Shown piece by piece: positions 19,274 to 28,306 of a DNA stretch of 64,000 nucleotides. The position numbers and the translations under genes are program-made. Below the pieces are notes generated by a model. That model ran no database searches and was not told the DNA's origin. It worked only from the letters and a program-made list of their open reading frames with translations. The DNA is from a candidate division CSSED10-310 bacterium. Lineage in GTDB: Bacteria > CSSED10-310. The stretch covers positions 160,700-224,699 of the forward strand of contig JAFGEQ010000019.1 in NCBI GenBank assembly GCA_016931515.1, given 5' to 3'. Position 1 is the stretch's first letter, and each line of letters starts with the position of its first letter.

Positions 19274-20737
19274 TTAGATAAAACTGAACGTGACGCTGTC
19301 GACATCACCGATCAGCGTACCCGCTGGATCCAACATCCCTGCCCAGATTGTCACCGGACCGAAAACGGGCATGTTCTGCGGAACGAGAAACTGAAGTATC
19401 GACTGCTCTATATCGCTTTCGGGACCCACTATCAGGTATTTGGAGTCAACTGAGCCGGACCATGACGGCCAGAAGTAGAACCTGTCGCTGCCAAAACTCT
19501 CACCGATATCCAGAATTATATACTCATACAGACTGACTGATGAATCTCCCGGATTCGTCAGGGTTGCACTGCAGAGAAAATAGTTACCGGGAGAATAAGA
19601 TGATTCGTTGGTTGTTATCTCGATGGTGGGTGTACGATCTCCGGGTTCATAACCATAATAATTTTTATAAAATTCATTATAATATGCTTCCGCAATCACC
19701 TGATCGTGGATGAACAAGGTATTTTCATCGTTTGATACCTGGGCAGCCAGAGTCCAGTTATAGGAACCGGTTACAACTGATGCATCCGGTGATTGATAAT
19801 CAAAGACTGCGAATTTATGGTGGAGCAGATTTCCATGAGGTGACACCTCATCATCAAGTATAACGTCGATGTTATTGCTTTTTATGTAATCATAAACCGA
19901 ATAGCTGCTTTGTGCCTGAAGATCATCCATCACTCCCCGGACAGTGAGTCCGGTATTCAATACTTGAATCAGTTTTCCTGCAAGATTGGATTGAGTGAAG
20001 GTGTACATACAGAAGTGAATACTATTTTCAGTCTGATCGATCCGGTTCATTATGGCATCGTAAGCCGTATTCGGGAATTCGTCTTTTGTCGGGGAAAAAT
20101 AAAGATCCAGGTTAACACCGTTGCAGGTGTAATGATGATTTATCACTGTATTTTTATTGGTCGAAAAATGGCAATCACCATGCGGGCCGGATGTTCCACC
20201 CCACATCTCATTGAACTCGGTGAGATAGGCTTCTGCCAGGTCCTCGCATTCTATAGCAACTGCATTGTTATTATTGTATATGGAACCAGAATTGGTTGTG
20301 TTATAGGAACCGGTCCAGACTTTTATACCATCAACAACGCAAAATTTATTATGAACCTGGATACTGTCGTTACTCCAGCCGTCGCACGTTTCATCGATTA
20401 TATACAGACCTGCATCTTCCATACGCTGACATCCCGATAGTCCGCGGTAATTCGCATCGGTGATAATCCGAACATTATCAACACCCAGACGGGTAGCTGC
20501 CGCAATGAAAGCATCTGCCACAACCGAACGGTCAATCGAGTAAAAAGCGCCTGCTACTGTTTCGTTTGCACTGTTTATGAAGGCAGCCAATGCGGTGTCG
20601 ATTCCATTGGTGCTACTATGCTGGGCATCGTTAAAATATACTTCGAAGCCATCCGGAATTTCCGCCGCTGAAAGGTCACAGGTTCCTCCAATGATTGCCA
20701 TCGTGAGAAAGCATGCTATAAATGAGTGTTGTTTCAT
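19274..20737 (-). CDS. Secreted phospholipase D-family protein (two HKD motifs; phospholipase/nuclease-like)
   Basis: Two HxKxxxxD motifs (VHNKFCVVDGIKVWTGSYN and LLHHKFAVFDYQ...VTGSYNWT). N-terminal signal peptide MKQHSFIACFLTMAIIGGTCDLSAAE. The start is an internal Met with a strong RBS, AGCAGGAGG. Confidence 0.75.
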   Translation of the reverse strand: MKQHSFIACFLTMAIIGGTCDLSAAEIPDGFEVYFNDAQHSSTNGIDTALAAFINSANETVAGAFYSIDRSVVADAFIAAATRLGVDNVRIITDANYRGLSGCQRMEDAGLYIIDETCDGWSNDSIQVHNKFCVVDGIKVWTGSYNTTNSGSIYNNNNAVAIECEDLAEAYLTEFNEMWGGTSGPHGDCHFSTNKNTVINHHYTCNGVNLDLYFSPTKDEFPNTAYDAIMNRIDQTENSIHFCMYTFTQSNLAGKLIQVLNTGLTVRGVMDDLQAQSSYSVYDYIKSNNIDVILDDEVSPHGNLLHHKFAVFDYQSPDASVVTGSYNWTLAAQVSNDENTLFIHDQVIAEAYYNEFYKNYYGYEPGDRTPTIEITTNESSYSPGNYFLCSATLTNPGDSSVSLYEYIILDIGESFGSDRFYFWPSWSGSVDSKYLIVGPESDIEQSILQFLVPQNMPVFGPVTIWAGMLDPAGTLIGDVDSVTFSFI

Positions 20738-20810
20738 TCGGTACCTCCTGCTTATGATGTACCGTAGGATGAGTGTTTCGTCAAGATTACGAGGGCGACT
20801 GTAATGCATA

Positions 20811-22844
20811 TTGAGTGTCAGTGATAAGGAACAACATCACGTGAGAAATAATGTCAGAGATGCTGCATTTCTGGGCATGATAGCGCTCGTTCTCAGATTG
20901 GGTCATTTTTTCTTAATCGGAAACGATCCCGTTGCCGATATTCTGGTGCTCGATAGCTGGTCATACGATCGGATTGCGCGATTAATAATCTCGGGTGAAA
21001 TGCCGAATAAAGTGTATTTTCAGGCACCCTTCTATCCCTATTTTCTTGCTGCTTTTTATAAAATATTTAACGGTAGTATTGATTCCGTTCGTATTGCTCA
21101 AATCATTCTCGATACTATCTCAGCTGTTGCTGTTTTTCGAATTACACGTATCTTGTTCGGATGCCGTTCTGCATGGATTGCCGGGGTCTTTATGGCTGTG
21201 TATCCGGTATCTATATTTCAAAGTGGTCTGATACTGAAGACAACGTTGAATATCTTTTTTGCCGCATCGATGATCTGGTTGATTATCGAGAAACCCCGTT
21301 TCCCAGATAGCATTCGCATGATAATGCTGGGTCTCATAAGCGGATGGGCGGCTGCAACACAGGGATCCGTACTACTGCAACTGCCTATTCTTCCGATTTG
21401 GATTATTGTCGATAGTGGATGGCGATGTCTGCCGACATGGATCAAACGAATCGCGCTGTTTGGTCTGGGTTTGAGTATTGGTATCGGACCGTTCACATTA
21501 AGGAACTACCTTGTCAGCGGAAGATTCGTTCTTCTGACATCGCAGGGAGGAGCGAATTTTTATCTCGGTAACAGTCCATATTCCGATGGAACAAGCAAAC
21601 GACCGCCCAGGGTGAGGATGACGCCTGAATATGAAGAGGAGGATTTTCATCGGGAAGCAGAATATGCTGCAGGACAATCGCTCACACCTGAAGATGCGGG
21701 TCGGTACTGGCGGGATGAGGCTCTTAAATGGATGCGCGACCATCCTGGAGATGCATTGAAACTGGAGGCCAGGAAATTCGCCTTGTTTTGGAACCGGGTC
21801 GAAATACCCGACAACTATGATTTTGATTTTTACCGGCGCTATTCCTGGTTGATTCGGTATCCAAGATATCCATTCTGGATCATCGGCTCATTAGGATTGG
21901 CAGGAATGATATTTCTCACGGCATCATGGAGGAAAACCTGGTTCCTGTATGCATGGTCATCATCCTATTGTTTTATCTGGGTGATGTTCCATATTTATTC
22001 CAGGTACAGGTTACCGATGATTATCTTTCTGGCACCATTTGCCGCTGAATTCATCAGCAAAGTGATCGATTTGACTAAAACCGGTCGGTATACATCACTG
22101 GCGGGTCATTACCTGCTATGGATCGGCATTGTACTGTTCCAGGCAATTCCACTGACGGCCTATTCATCTGCTCAGCCCCTGTTCAATCTTGGTTCCGGTC
22201 TGACGCGTCTTGGCCGGCTGGATGAAGCCAGGACAGCTTATCTTGAGGCATTGGATGCATTGCCGGGCTATGAACCCGCAATGGTTAATCTGGGGAAATT
22301 GGCATGGTCTCAGGGTAATCCTGCTGAAGCGATTTTATGGTGGGAAAAAGCAATTGATACCAATCCAAAAGCCGTCGAAGCCCATTCCAATCTGGGTAGT
22401 TTGCTGGCCATGCAGGGAAAGATGATGGAAGCGAAAGGCCATTTCCTCGTCGCAACTCAAGAACAACCGTATTACTTCCTGGGGTGGCTGCATCTGGCTC
22501 AAACAGAAGAGTCTCTTCAAGAATATGAGAAGGCATTGGAAGCCTATAAGAAGGCCATTGATTTAAAACCTCATGATGTACAGGCTTTGTACGGCAGGGC
22601 AAAGGTGCTTGAAAAAATCGGTGGTGGGGAATCAGCACTGGCAGCATGGCGCATTTATTTAGACGAAGCGGACGACATGTTGGAAGAAAGAATCTACATT
22701 GACGAGGCAAAAACAAGAGTTGAATTGCTTTCGCATGAGATTCCTGTGGCCGGCGTGGAATCAATGGAAGGGGGATTAGCTCATTCGGATGAAACGTCGG
22801 ATCAGCGGGGACCGGCCGAACATCCATCGGATCGTATGCAGTAA
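20811..22844 (+). CDS. Polytopic membrane protein, GT-C fold (ArnT/PMT_2, GT39/83-like), with C-terminal TPR repeats
   Basis: Multi-TM N-terminal about 450 aa, then TPR repeats (AYLEALDALPGYEPAMVNLGKLAWSQGNPAEAILWWEKAIDTNPKAVEAHSNLG...). Confidence 0.65.
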   Translation: MSVSDKEQHHVRNNVRDAAFLGMIALVLRLGHFFLIGNDPVADILVLDSWSYDRIARLIISGEMPNKVYFQAPFYPYFLAAFYKIFNGSIDSVRIAQIILDTISAVAVFRITRILFGCRSAWIAGVFMAVYPVSIFQSGLILKTTLNIFFAASMIWLIIEKPRFPDSIRMIMLGLISGWAAATQGSVLLQLPILPIWIIVDSGWRCLPTWIKRIALFGLGLSIGIGPFTLRNYLVSGRFVLLTSQGGANFYLGNSPYSDGTSKRPPRVRMTPEYEEEDFHREAEYAAGQSLTPEDAGRYWRDEALKWMRDHPGDALKLEARKFALFWNRVEIPDNYDFDFYRRYSWLIRYPRYPFWIIGSLGLAGMIFLTASWRKTWFLYAWSSSYCFIWVMFHIYSRYRLPMIIFLAPFAAEFISKVIDLTKTGRYTSLAGHYLLWIGIVLFQAIPLTAYSSAQPLFNLGSGLTRLGRLDEARTAYLEALDALPGYEPAMVNLGKLAWSQGNPAEAILWWEKAIDTNPKAVEAHSNLGSLLAMQGKMMEAKGHFLVATQEQPYYFLGWLHLAQTEESLQEYEKALEAYKKAIDLKPHDVQALYGRAKVLEKIGGGESALAAWRIYLDEADDMLEERIYIDEAKTRVELLSHEIPVAGVESMEGGLAHSDETSDQRGPAEHPSDRMQ

Positions 22845-24179
22845 ACCTCCAGTGCGGATGTTGTTCATGATCGAAGCATGATAGTGCCTTGAAACGGCTT
22901 TCAATTTTTGAAAACTGTTTTCATTGACCAGTGAATCCGAATGGTCCGGTGCGCGAAGGGGATTTCTGACCCATTCGATCAAAGGCTTAGTAGTGGCAGA
23001 GACTGAAAAATGTGAATCGCAGTAAACGAATGCCCGTTCCGCATTCGATTTGATAAATTCCGGATTATGTATGGCTTCCGTAATCACACTAACAAGGCCC
23101 TCTGTATCCTCAGGCTGAAACGTTGATCCCAGGGCTTCCTGGCGAATAACTCGAGACAATTCGCATAATTCCGACGTGACAATCGGTAGTCTCATCTGCA
23201 TCCAATCCATCAGTCGATTCCGGCTCCCAAGAATGCCTTCGTAAGAAAACAGATCGATATTTATTCCGATATCTGATTCCTGGACACAGGCTGGAACCTC
23301 GTTAAACGGTATCCACCCACGCATAACAAAGCGATTCCGGAATTCAGACCCTTCGATTCGATTAAGAAAATGCTTGTATGTCAGTTCATCATGCGAGGCA
23401 ATTTCCCCGCCGGTACTGACAAAATAAACTTGCGGGAATCGCTGGAACACGCGTTCCAAGGCTTCAAACAACGTATTCACATCAGTCCACGTATTGTATC
23501 CGCCACTCCACAAAATGATAAATGCATCCCGAGGTACAAGGACACCTCGAAGCACCGGTTCGGACGGAGGGTCCAACGGCAGATTCTCATTCATTGAACA
23601 GGGTATAACCCTCGTAAACTGATAACCGGTTGTGGCACGGTTGAGTCGAAACCGTGTGCCGAGTTCGCCAATTGTTGCATATGATTGCGGATTTGAGACA
23701 ACTGACAGCACATCCGCTCTGTCGAGGATGGATTCTTCCTGTCTCCATAATTGCGAGATGTAGTAATTATCTCTGAATACCTGTGATTTGGTTTGAGCTT
23801 CAGCCATGACATGTCCAAAAAGATCTGCCCAGATAGGGCGGTCGGTTATCAGTTGTGTGGCCATATAAGATGGAAAGATTGTCGCTCCGACAATGCAATC
23901 CGGCTCGAAGTTGTCATGAATCCTTTGGAGCCAGGCGCTGTTTTCGAATATTTCCTGTCGGACCGAGTAGTAAATGAGATTGCCATGTTCTTCTGCCATG
24001 GCTGGTTCTGTCGTAACGTTTTTATAAGCAGCGAGGTGGCGACTGCAGATCAGGCAGAGTCGGTTCCCGTCCTCCAGCAGAGGGCGAACGAATTGCCAGG
24101 TTCGTTTACCAGGCGCCAGTGTACACGTATCGTTTTCAGTAGGCAGCGGACTCAATCCCAACACCAGAACACGTTTCAT
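22776..24179 (-). CDS. Glycosyltransferase, GT4-like (GT-B) domain; paralogue of the N-terminal half of the next gene
   Basis: N-terminus MKRVLVLGLSPLPTEN... parallels MTRLLVFGFAPLPFEN... in the next gene. Shared WSGGYNTWTD motif. Preferred start is the Met giving an ATGA overlap with the upstream gene. Confidence 0.65.
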   Translation of the reverse strand: MKRVLVLGLSPLPTENDTCTLAPGKRTWQFVRPLLEDGNRLCLICSRHLAAYKNVTTEPAMAEEHGNLIYYSVRQEIFENSAWLQRIHDNFEPDCIVGATIFPSYMATQLITDRPIWADLFGHVMAEAQTKSQVFRDNYYISQLWRQEESILDRADVLSVVSNPQSYATIGELGTRFRLNRATTGYQFTRVIPCSMNENLPLDPPSEPVLRGVLVPRDAFIILWSGGYNTWTDVNTLFEALERVFQRFPQVYFVSTGGEIASHDELTYKHFLNRIEGSEFRNRFVMRGWIPFNEVPACVQESDIGINIDLFSYEGILGSRNRLMDWMQMRLPIVTSELCELSRVIRQEALGSTFQPEDTEGLVSVITEAIHNPEFIKSNAERAFVYCDSHFSVSATTKPLIEWVRNPLRAPDHSDSLVNENSFQKLKAVSRHYHASIMNNIRTGGLLHTIRWMFGRSPLIRRFIRMS

Positions 24180-26530
24180 CCCATTAGTTTTCCTTTCAGG
24201 GTCTTGATACTCAACCATGCGATTCGATGGGATACGCAGATATAGGCGATGCATAGGGGTAACCACTGTTCACGGGGTGCGTACTTCCGGAACCATGTCA
24301 ACTCCGACCGAAGGAAACATCCCCAGAAGTATCTGAAAGTAAAATGCTTTAATATTAGTTTCAATCGGTTCCGATGGTACAATCGATAGAATCGGGGACT
24401 GAATTTGCCGGTGGATGTAGACTCATGGTGCAAGGCTTCTGCTCGATGGCAATACCGAATTCGATAACCTGACCGAGATGCCCGGATACAATAATCGAGT
24501 TCCTCATAATATGCGGGATGAAATCGGCGATCGAACAGACCGATCTCATCGATGAGTGATCGTTTGAAGGCAAAAACCGCTCCGGTCACATAATCAACAT
24601 CACGGTCCTGGTCATATTGGCCCGTATCAATTTGACCTGCGCCATAATGATCGGTTAAACCATTTTCGTGCAGAATACCACCTGCGTGTTGAAGGGTTTT
24701 TCCATCGATATTATAGATTTTGCATCCTGCGATTGCGATTGTGTCGTCTTCAAGAACTTCAATCAGTTCTTTCAAAAGACCGGGCATCATCACCGCATCC
24801 TGATTTAGAAGAAAGATAACATCTCCTTTGGTCGCCAGGATACCCTGATTGACGCCACCGGTAAATCCTTGATTTTTTTTGTTTCGGATTAAATGAATAT
24901 CGGAAAAATTCGTCTCGATGAACTCCGGTGTCCCATCTCTAGATCCGTTATCGACAACCACACACTCCACATGTGGGTAATCTTGATCCTTTGCCGAACG
25001 AATACAGGCTTCGATGTCCTTCACACCGTTCCATGTAACCACGACAATACTCACGAGTGCTTGTTCCGGCAGCTTAAGCGGCCGCCCGTTGAGAGCGGGT
25101 CTATTTACAGGGAGCTGATTATATGGATTCTCCGCCGGGTTTCGTTTGCGAAGTTCACTTTCGAGATGTCGAATATAATGTTCCAGCGATTGGAGATGCC
25201 GGTTTTTCCCATCCAACTCGCTCTCAAGTTTTCTAATGTAGGATTGGTCACTCCATTGAAGCGGATCTTTATGAGCCAGTGTCTTTCTTTTTTGTCTGTG
25301 ATCCGGTGCTGTGACCGGATTCGACAGCCAGTTCTGGAATGGTTGAGTTGTTGCATCGAAGGAAAGGTGTTTCAGACCATAATCACGGGCTCTTTTTCCA
25401 GTTTCAGCGACTGCCTCCGGATCCTTTGTGAGAGCGAGTATTTTACTCGCGAGAGCTTCTGGATTGCCAAGGGGGTAACTGTATGCCAGTCCTCTTTCCG
25501 GGAGATCCAGCGAGAGCTCACACAACTCGCCGATAAGTGATGGCAGCCCGGCTCGCAGCCAGTCAAGCACACGATTTTTGCTGCCAAATACTCCCTCATA
25601 CATATATCGATCAATATTGATTCCGATATCCGCTTCAAAATAATAGTTATGGACATCCTCTTTGGGAACCCATCCTTTCAGGACAAATCGACTGGCAAAA
25701 TGCGATTTCTTTACCCGGTTTACGAAGGCGGGATACGTGATTTCGTCGTGACCGTCAATCTGCCCGCCTGTGCTGACGAACCAAATATCTGAATTCTGGG
25801 CCATTGCCTGTTCCAGTCCATCGACCAGCGTTTCTGTGTCCGTCCAGGTATTAAAACCTCCGGACCACAAAACGATGAAAGCATTGTCCGGCACTTCGCG
25901 ACCTCGGATAACGCATTTATCGTGTGTGTATAAGGTGGATTCCATTGCACAGGGAATAGGATCACAGAAAGAATAGCCGGTAGTCGCTGCGGTTAATCGT
26001 CCGATTAAACCCAATTCTCCGACAGTTGCTGATGCCTGGGCGCGGGAGACCGTAGAAAACTTATCTCCGGATTGTAGAGCCAGAAGGGCATGCCGTCGAA
26101 AATGATCCAGGAATTCGTCGTTCTGATAACGGTATGCTTTTGCTTGAGCTTCAGCCATCACATGCCCAAATAAATCGAACCAGATCGGACTGTCGGTACG
26201 AATATGGGACAGTGGAGTACCGGCAAAAACAGTTGCTACAAGTATCGCATCCGGTTTGAATTGGTCGTGAATTTCCTGGATTCGATGTGTATTGGCAAAT
26301 TCACTGTCCGACATATTGTAATAGGAAAATCCATGCTCATGACTGAATACTTCCGGAAATGTCTCGGCAGGATAGATGAATGGAATCCGATTCGCGATCA
26401 GGGTTACATCGGCTGATCCTGTGCTCAGCAGTGGCTTGATAAACTGCCAGGCGCGAATTCCGGGACCGAAGTTTTTCAGTGTGTTTTCAAAGGGCAATGG
26501 TGCAAAACCGAATACTAATAGACGTGTCAT
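24176..26530 (-). CDS. Bifunctional glycosyltransferase: N-terminal GT4-like domain + C-terminal GT2 (family 2, DxD) domain
   Basis: The C-terminal half has a GT2 signature (VSIVVVTWNG...VVDNGSRDGT...NKKNQGFTGGVNQG...LLNQDAV). The N-terminal half is paralogous to 22776..24179. Confidence 0.7.
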   Translation of the reverse strand: MTRLLVFGFAPLPFENTLKNFGPGIRAWQFIKPLLSTGSADVTLIANRIPFIYPAETFPEVFSHEHGFSYYNMSDSEFANTHRIQEIHDQFKPDAILVATVFAGTPLSHIRTDSPIWFDLFGHVMAEAQAKAYRYQNDEFLDHFRRHALLALQSGDKFSTVSRAQASATVGELGLIGRLTAATTGYSFCDPIPCAMESTLYTHDKCVIRGREVPDNAFIVLWSGGFNTWTDTETLVDGLEQAMAQNSDIWFVSTGGQIDGHDEITYPAFVNRVKKSHFASRFVLKGWVPKEDVHNYYFEADIGINIDRYMYEGVFGSKNRVLDWLRAGLPSLIGELCELSLDLPERGLAYSYPLGNPEALASKILALTKDPEAVAETGKRARDYGLKHLSFDATTQPFQNWLSNPVTAPDHRQKRKTLAHKDPLQWSDQSYIRKLESELDGKNRHLQSLEHYIRHLESELRKRNPAENPYNQLPVNRPALNGRPLKLPEQALVSIVVVTWNGVKDIEACIRSAKDQDYPHVECVVVDNGSRDGTPEFIETNFSDIHLIRNKKNQGFTGGVNQGILATKGDVIFLLNQDAVMMPGLLKELIEVLEDDTIAIAGCKIYNIDGKTLQHAGGILHENGLTDHYGAGQIDTGQYDQDRDVDYVTGAVFAFKRSLIDEIGLFDRRFHPAYYEELDYCIRASRSGYRIRYCHRAEALHHESTSTGKFSPRFYRLYHRNRLKLILKHFTFRYFWGCFLRSELTWFRKYAPREQWLPLCIAYICVSHRIAWLSIKTLKGKLMG

Positions 26531-27675
26531 GGTTTGTGTTGTCCGGATACTATTTGAGCGAGCAGTTGAGTGAATTTTGCCTGTAGATCCGTGATAATCC
26601 TATCTTTTTCTGTGAGAGTTGTTTCCAAATGCAAAGCATAAGATTCGAGTTGATCATAAACGGCCGATTCCGATTGGGCCCGAATCGCTTCCTCGGCCAG
26701 CAGCCTGATTCTTTCGGTTAGATCGTTGTTTGATATCTCTAACATGTTGTTGCGATCCCGATACTGATCCAGTTCTTTTTGAATTTTCCTGGCGTGATCT
26801 TCCAGGTAATGAAATGACTGTGAGATACTTTTATGTTCAGCTTCCACGCGGCGAACGTATTGATGGATGGTTTGCAGTGCCTCTTGAATTCGCTCAAAAG
26901 ATTCAACGGTGTCTGAATTGATGTAATCCTCTTCCGGCAGTGACAGATGGTCATTCGAGAATTCCGGATGCTCATGATGACGGCTTGCGATGATAAAGGT
27001 TCTATAGGCACTATGTTCATTCCCGGTAATGATGGGTAGGTGATTGATGCATCGGAATAAGTTGTCTCGCATTTTCGATGTTTCCGGCAGTAATCCAAGA
27101 GTGTAATCCACAACATGCGCCAAGGCCCAGAGTTGCAGGGGGAATGTATGATAAACTCTGATAAAAGGGAACTTGAGAGCAAGAAAATCGATGATGGTTT
27201 TCCAGTCTATCAGCCCGTTTTCCCGATGTTCATCCAAGAACCGGTAACTTTCTCCAGCAAATTTCAGGTGGATTGCCGCCAAATATGTCTCATGGGCTAC
27301 CGTTTTCGGTTTATCCATGGGAAAGGAAATTATGGCTGTGTCACTCGTAATTCTGTCGATTTCCTGCAGAAGCAAGTTTCGATTGAAGGAATCAACATGC
27401 TCTAGTACATCCAGGCAGACCGTAAAATCGAAACAACCGGATGGGAAAGGTGTCCTTTCCGCCATGCTCTGAACGAATCGCCCGGAAACTCCTTTTCGCG
27501 ATATATCGGACTGTATGACCGTCTGATCATCCAGAAAGAGGGTCAAGATGTTTTCAGTGGAGCCCAGATCGAGTATTCTCCGCTCTCCGAATCCATCGGG
27601 GCAGAGGGCCCTGAGATATCGGGCGGTGAAGAAAAATCGATTGAATCGGTCGGGTGCCGTTTGGGTCAAGGTCAT
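26527..27675 (-). CDS. Class I SAM-dependent methyltransferase with C-terminal coiled-coil
   Basis: RILDLGSTEN...FDFTVCLDVLEHV methyltransferase motifs I and post-I. The C-terminal about 120 aa are heptad-rich. 4-nt overlap with the downstream GT gene. Confidence 0.65.
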   Translation of the reverse strand: MTLTQTAPDRFNRFFFTARYLRALCPDGFGERRILDLGSTENILTLFLDDQTVIQSDISRKGVSGRFVQSMAERTPFPSGCFDFTVCLDVLEHVDSFNRNLLLQEIDRITSDTAIISFPMDKPKTVAHETYLAAIHLKFAGESYRFLDEHRENGLIDWKTIIDFLALKFPFIRVYHTFPLQLWALAHVVDYTLGLLPETSKMRDNLFRCINHLPIITGNEHSAYRTFIIASRHHEHPEFSNDHLSLPEEDYINSDTVESFERIQEALQTIHQYVRRVEAEHKSISQSFHYLEDHARKIQKELDQYRDRNNMLEISNNDLTERIRLLAEEAIRAQSESAVYDQLESYALHLETTLTEKDRIITDLQAKFTQLLAQIVSGQHKP

Positions 27676-27786
27676 AACTTGATTATTCTAGCAGAAATAT
27701 GGATACTTTTGCATCAGTAATGCGTCGCAGATGACGTAGCCGGCATTATTGCCGTTTAAGACTCAGAATGTTGTAGTGGAGGGTGC

Positions 27787-28206
27787 ATGATGAAGAATTG
27801 GATGTATATATTGATGACTCTGGTTATGGTTTCAGGTTTTGACGTTTTCGCTGAGGAGACAAAAACCCTTGATTCGGGTTGGATCGACGTAACGCGAGAA
27901 GTTGCCGCTAATCCAGCTGATGCCGGCGGATGGGTCAAAGACGAGACGGGTAAAGTCTTCCGATCATCGGATGGTAATTTTATCAAGATTCAGCATGCGA
28001 CATTCGGAGTGTTCAAGGTTGATCTTCCCGGTGCCAAGGTTTTTCGGATTGACGGCGATAAGGACGTCCTGCAGGACGGATCCAGTCTGTTACAACGCGA
28101 TGCGGGCCAGACCTTGGTTATCAAATTGAAAGACTACAAATTCAAGGTGCAATTTACAGAAAAAATTGAAGGCATGAAATCAATACCCGGTATCAAGGGG
28201 ATGTAA
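27787..28206 (+). CDS. Small secreted hypothetical protein
   Basis: 139 aa with an N-terminal signal peptide (MMKNWMYILMTLVMVSGFDVFA/EE). Confidence 0.45.
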   Translation: MMKNWMYILMTLVMVSGFDVFAEETKTLDSGWIDVTREVAANPADAGGWVKDETGKVFRSSDGNFIKIQHATFGVFKVDLPGAKVFRIDGDKDVLQDGSSLLQRDAGQTLVIKLKDYKFKVQFTEKIEGMKSIPGIKGM

Positions 28207-28306
28207 AAACGAGTTTTTTTATGAATCACCGGATTCGAATCATGGAGACCGGATCGGTTCGGGCGTCGTTATTGAGCAGATGGAACGGATATGATAGTGT
28301 GAAAAT

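Noticed and set aside
27675-27790. Imperfect inverted repeat CGTCGCAGATGACG in the divergent promoter region between the methyltransferase and the small secreted protein gene
   Set aside because: The palindrome is imperfect and short. It could be an operator, but the evidence is too weak to call.
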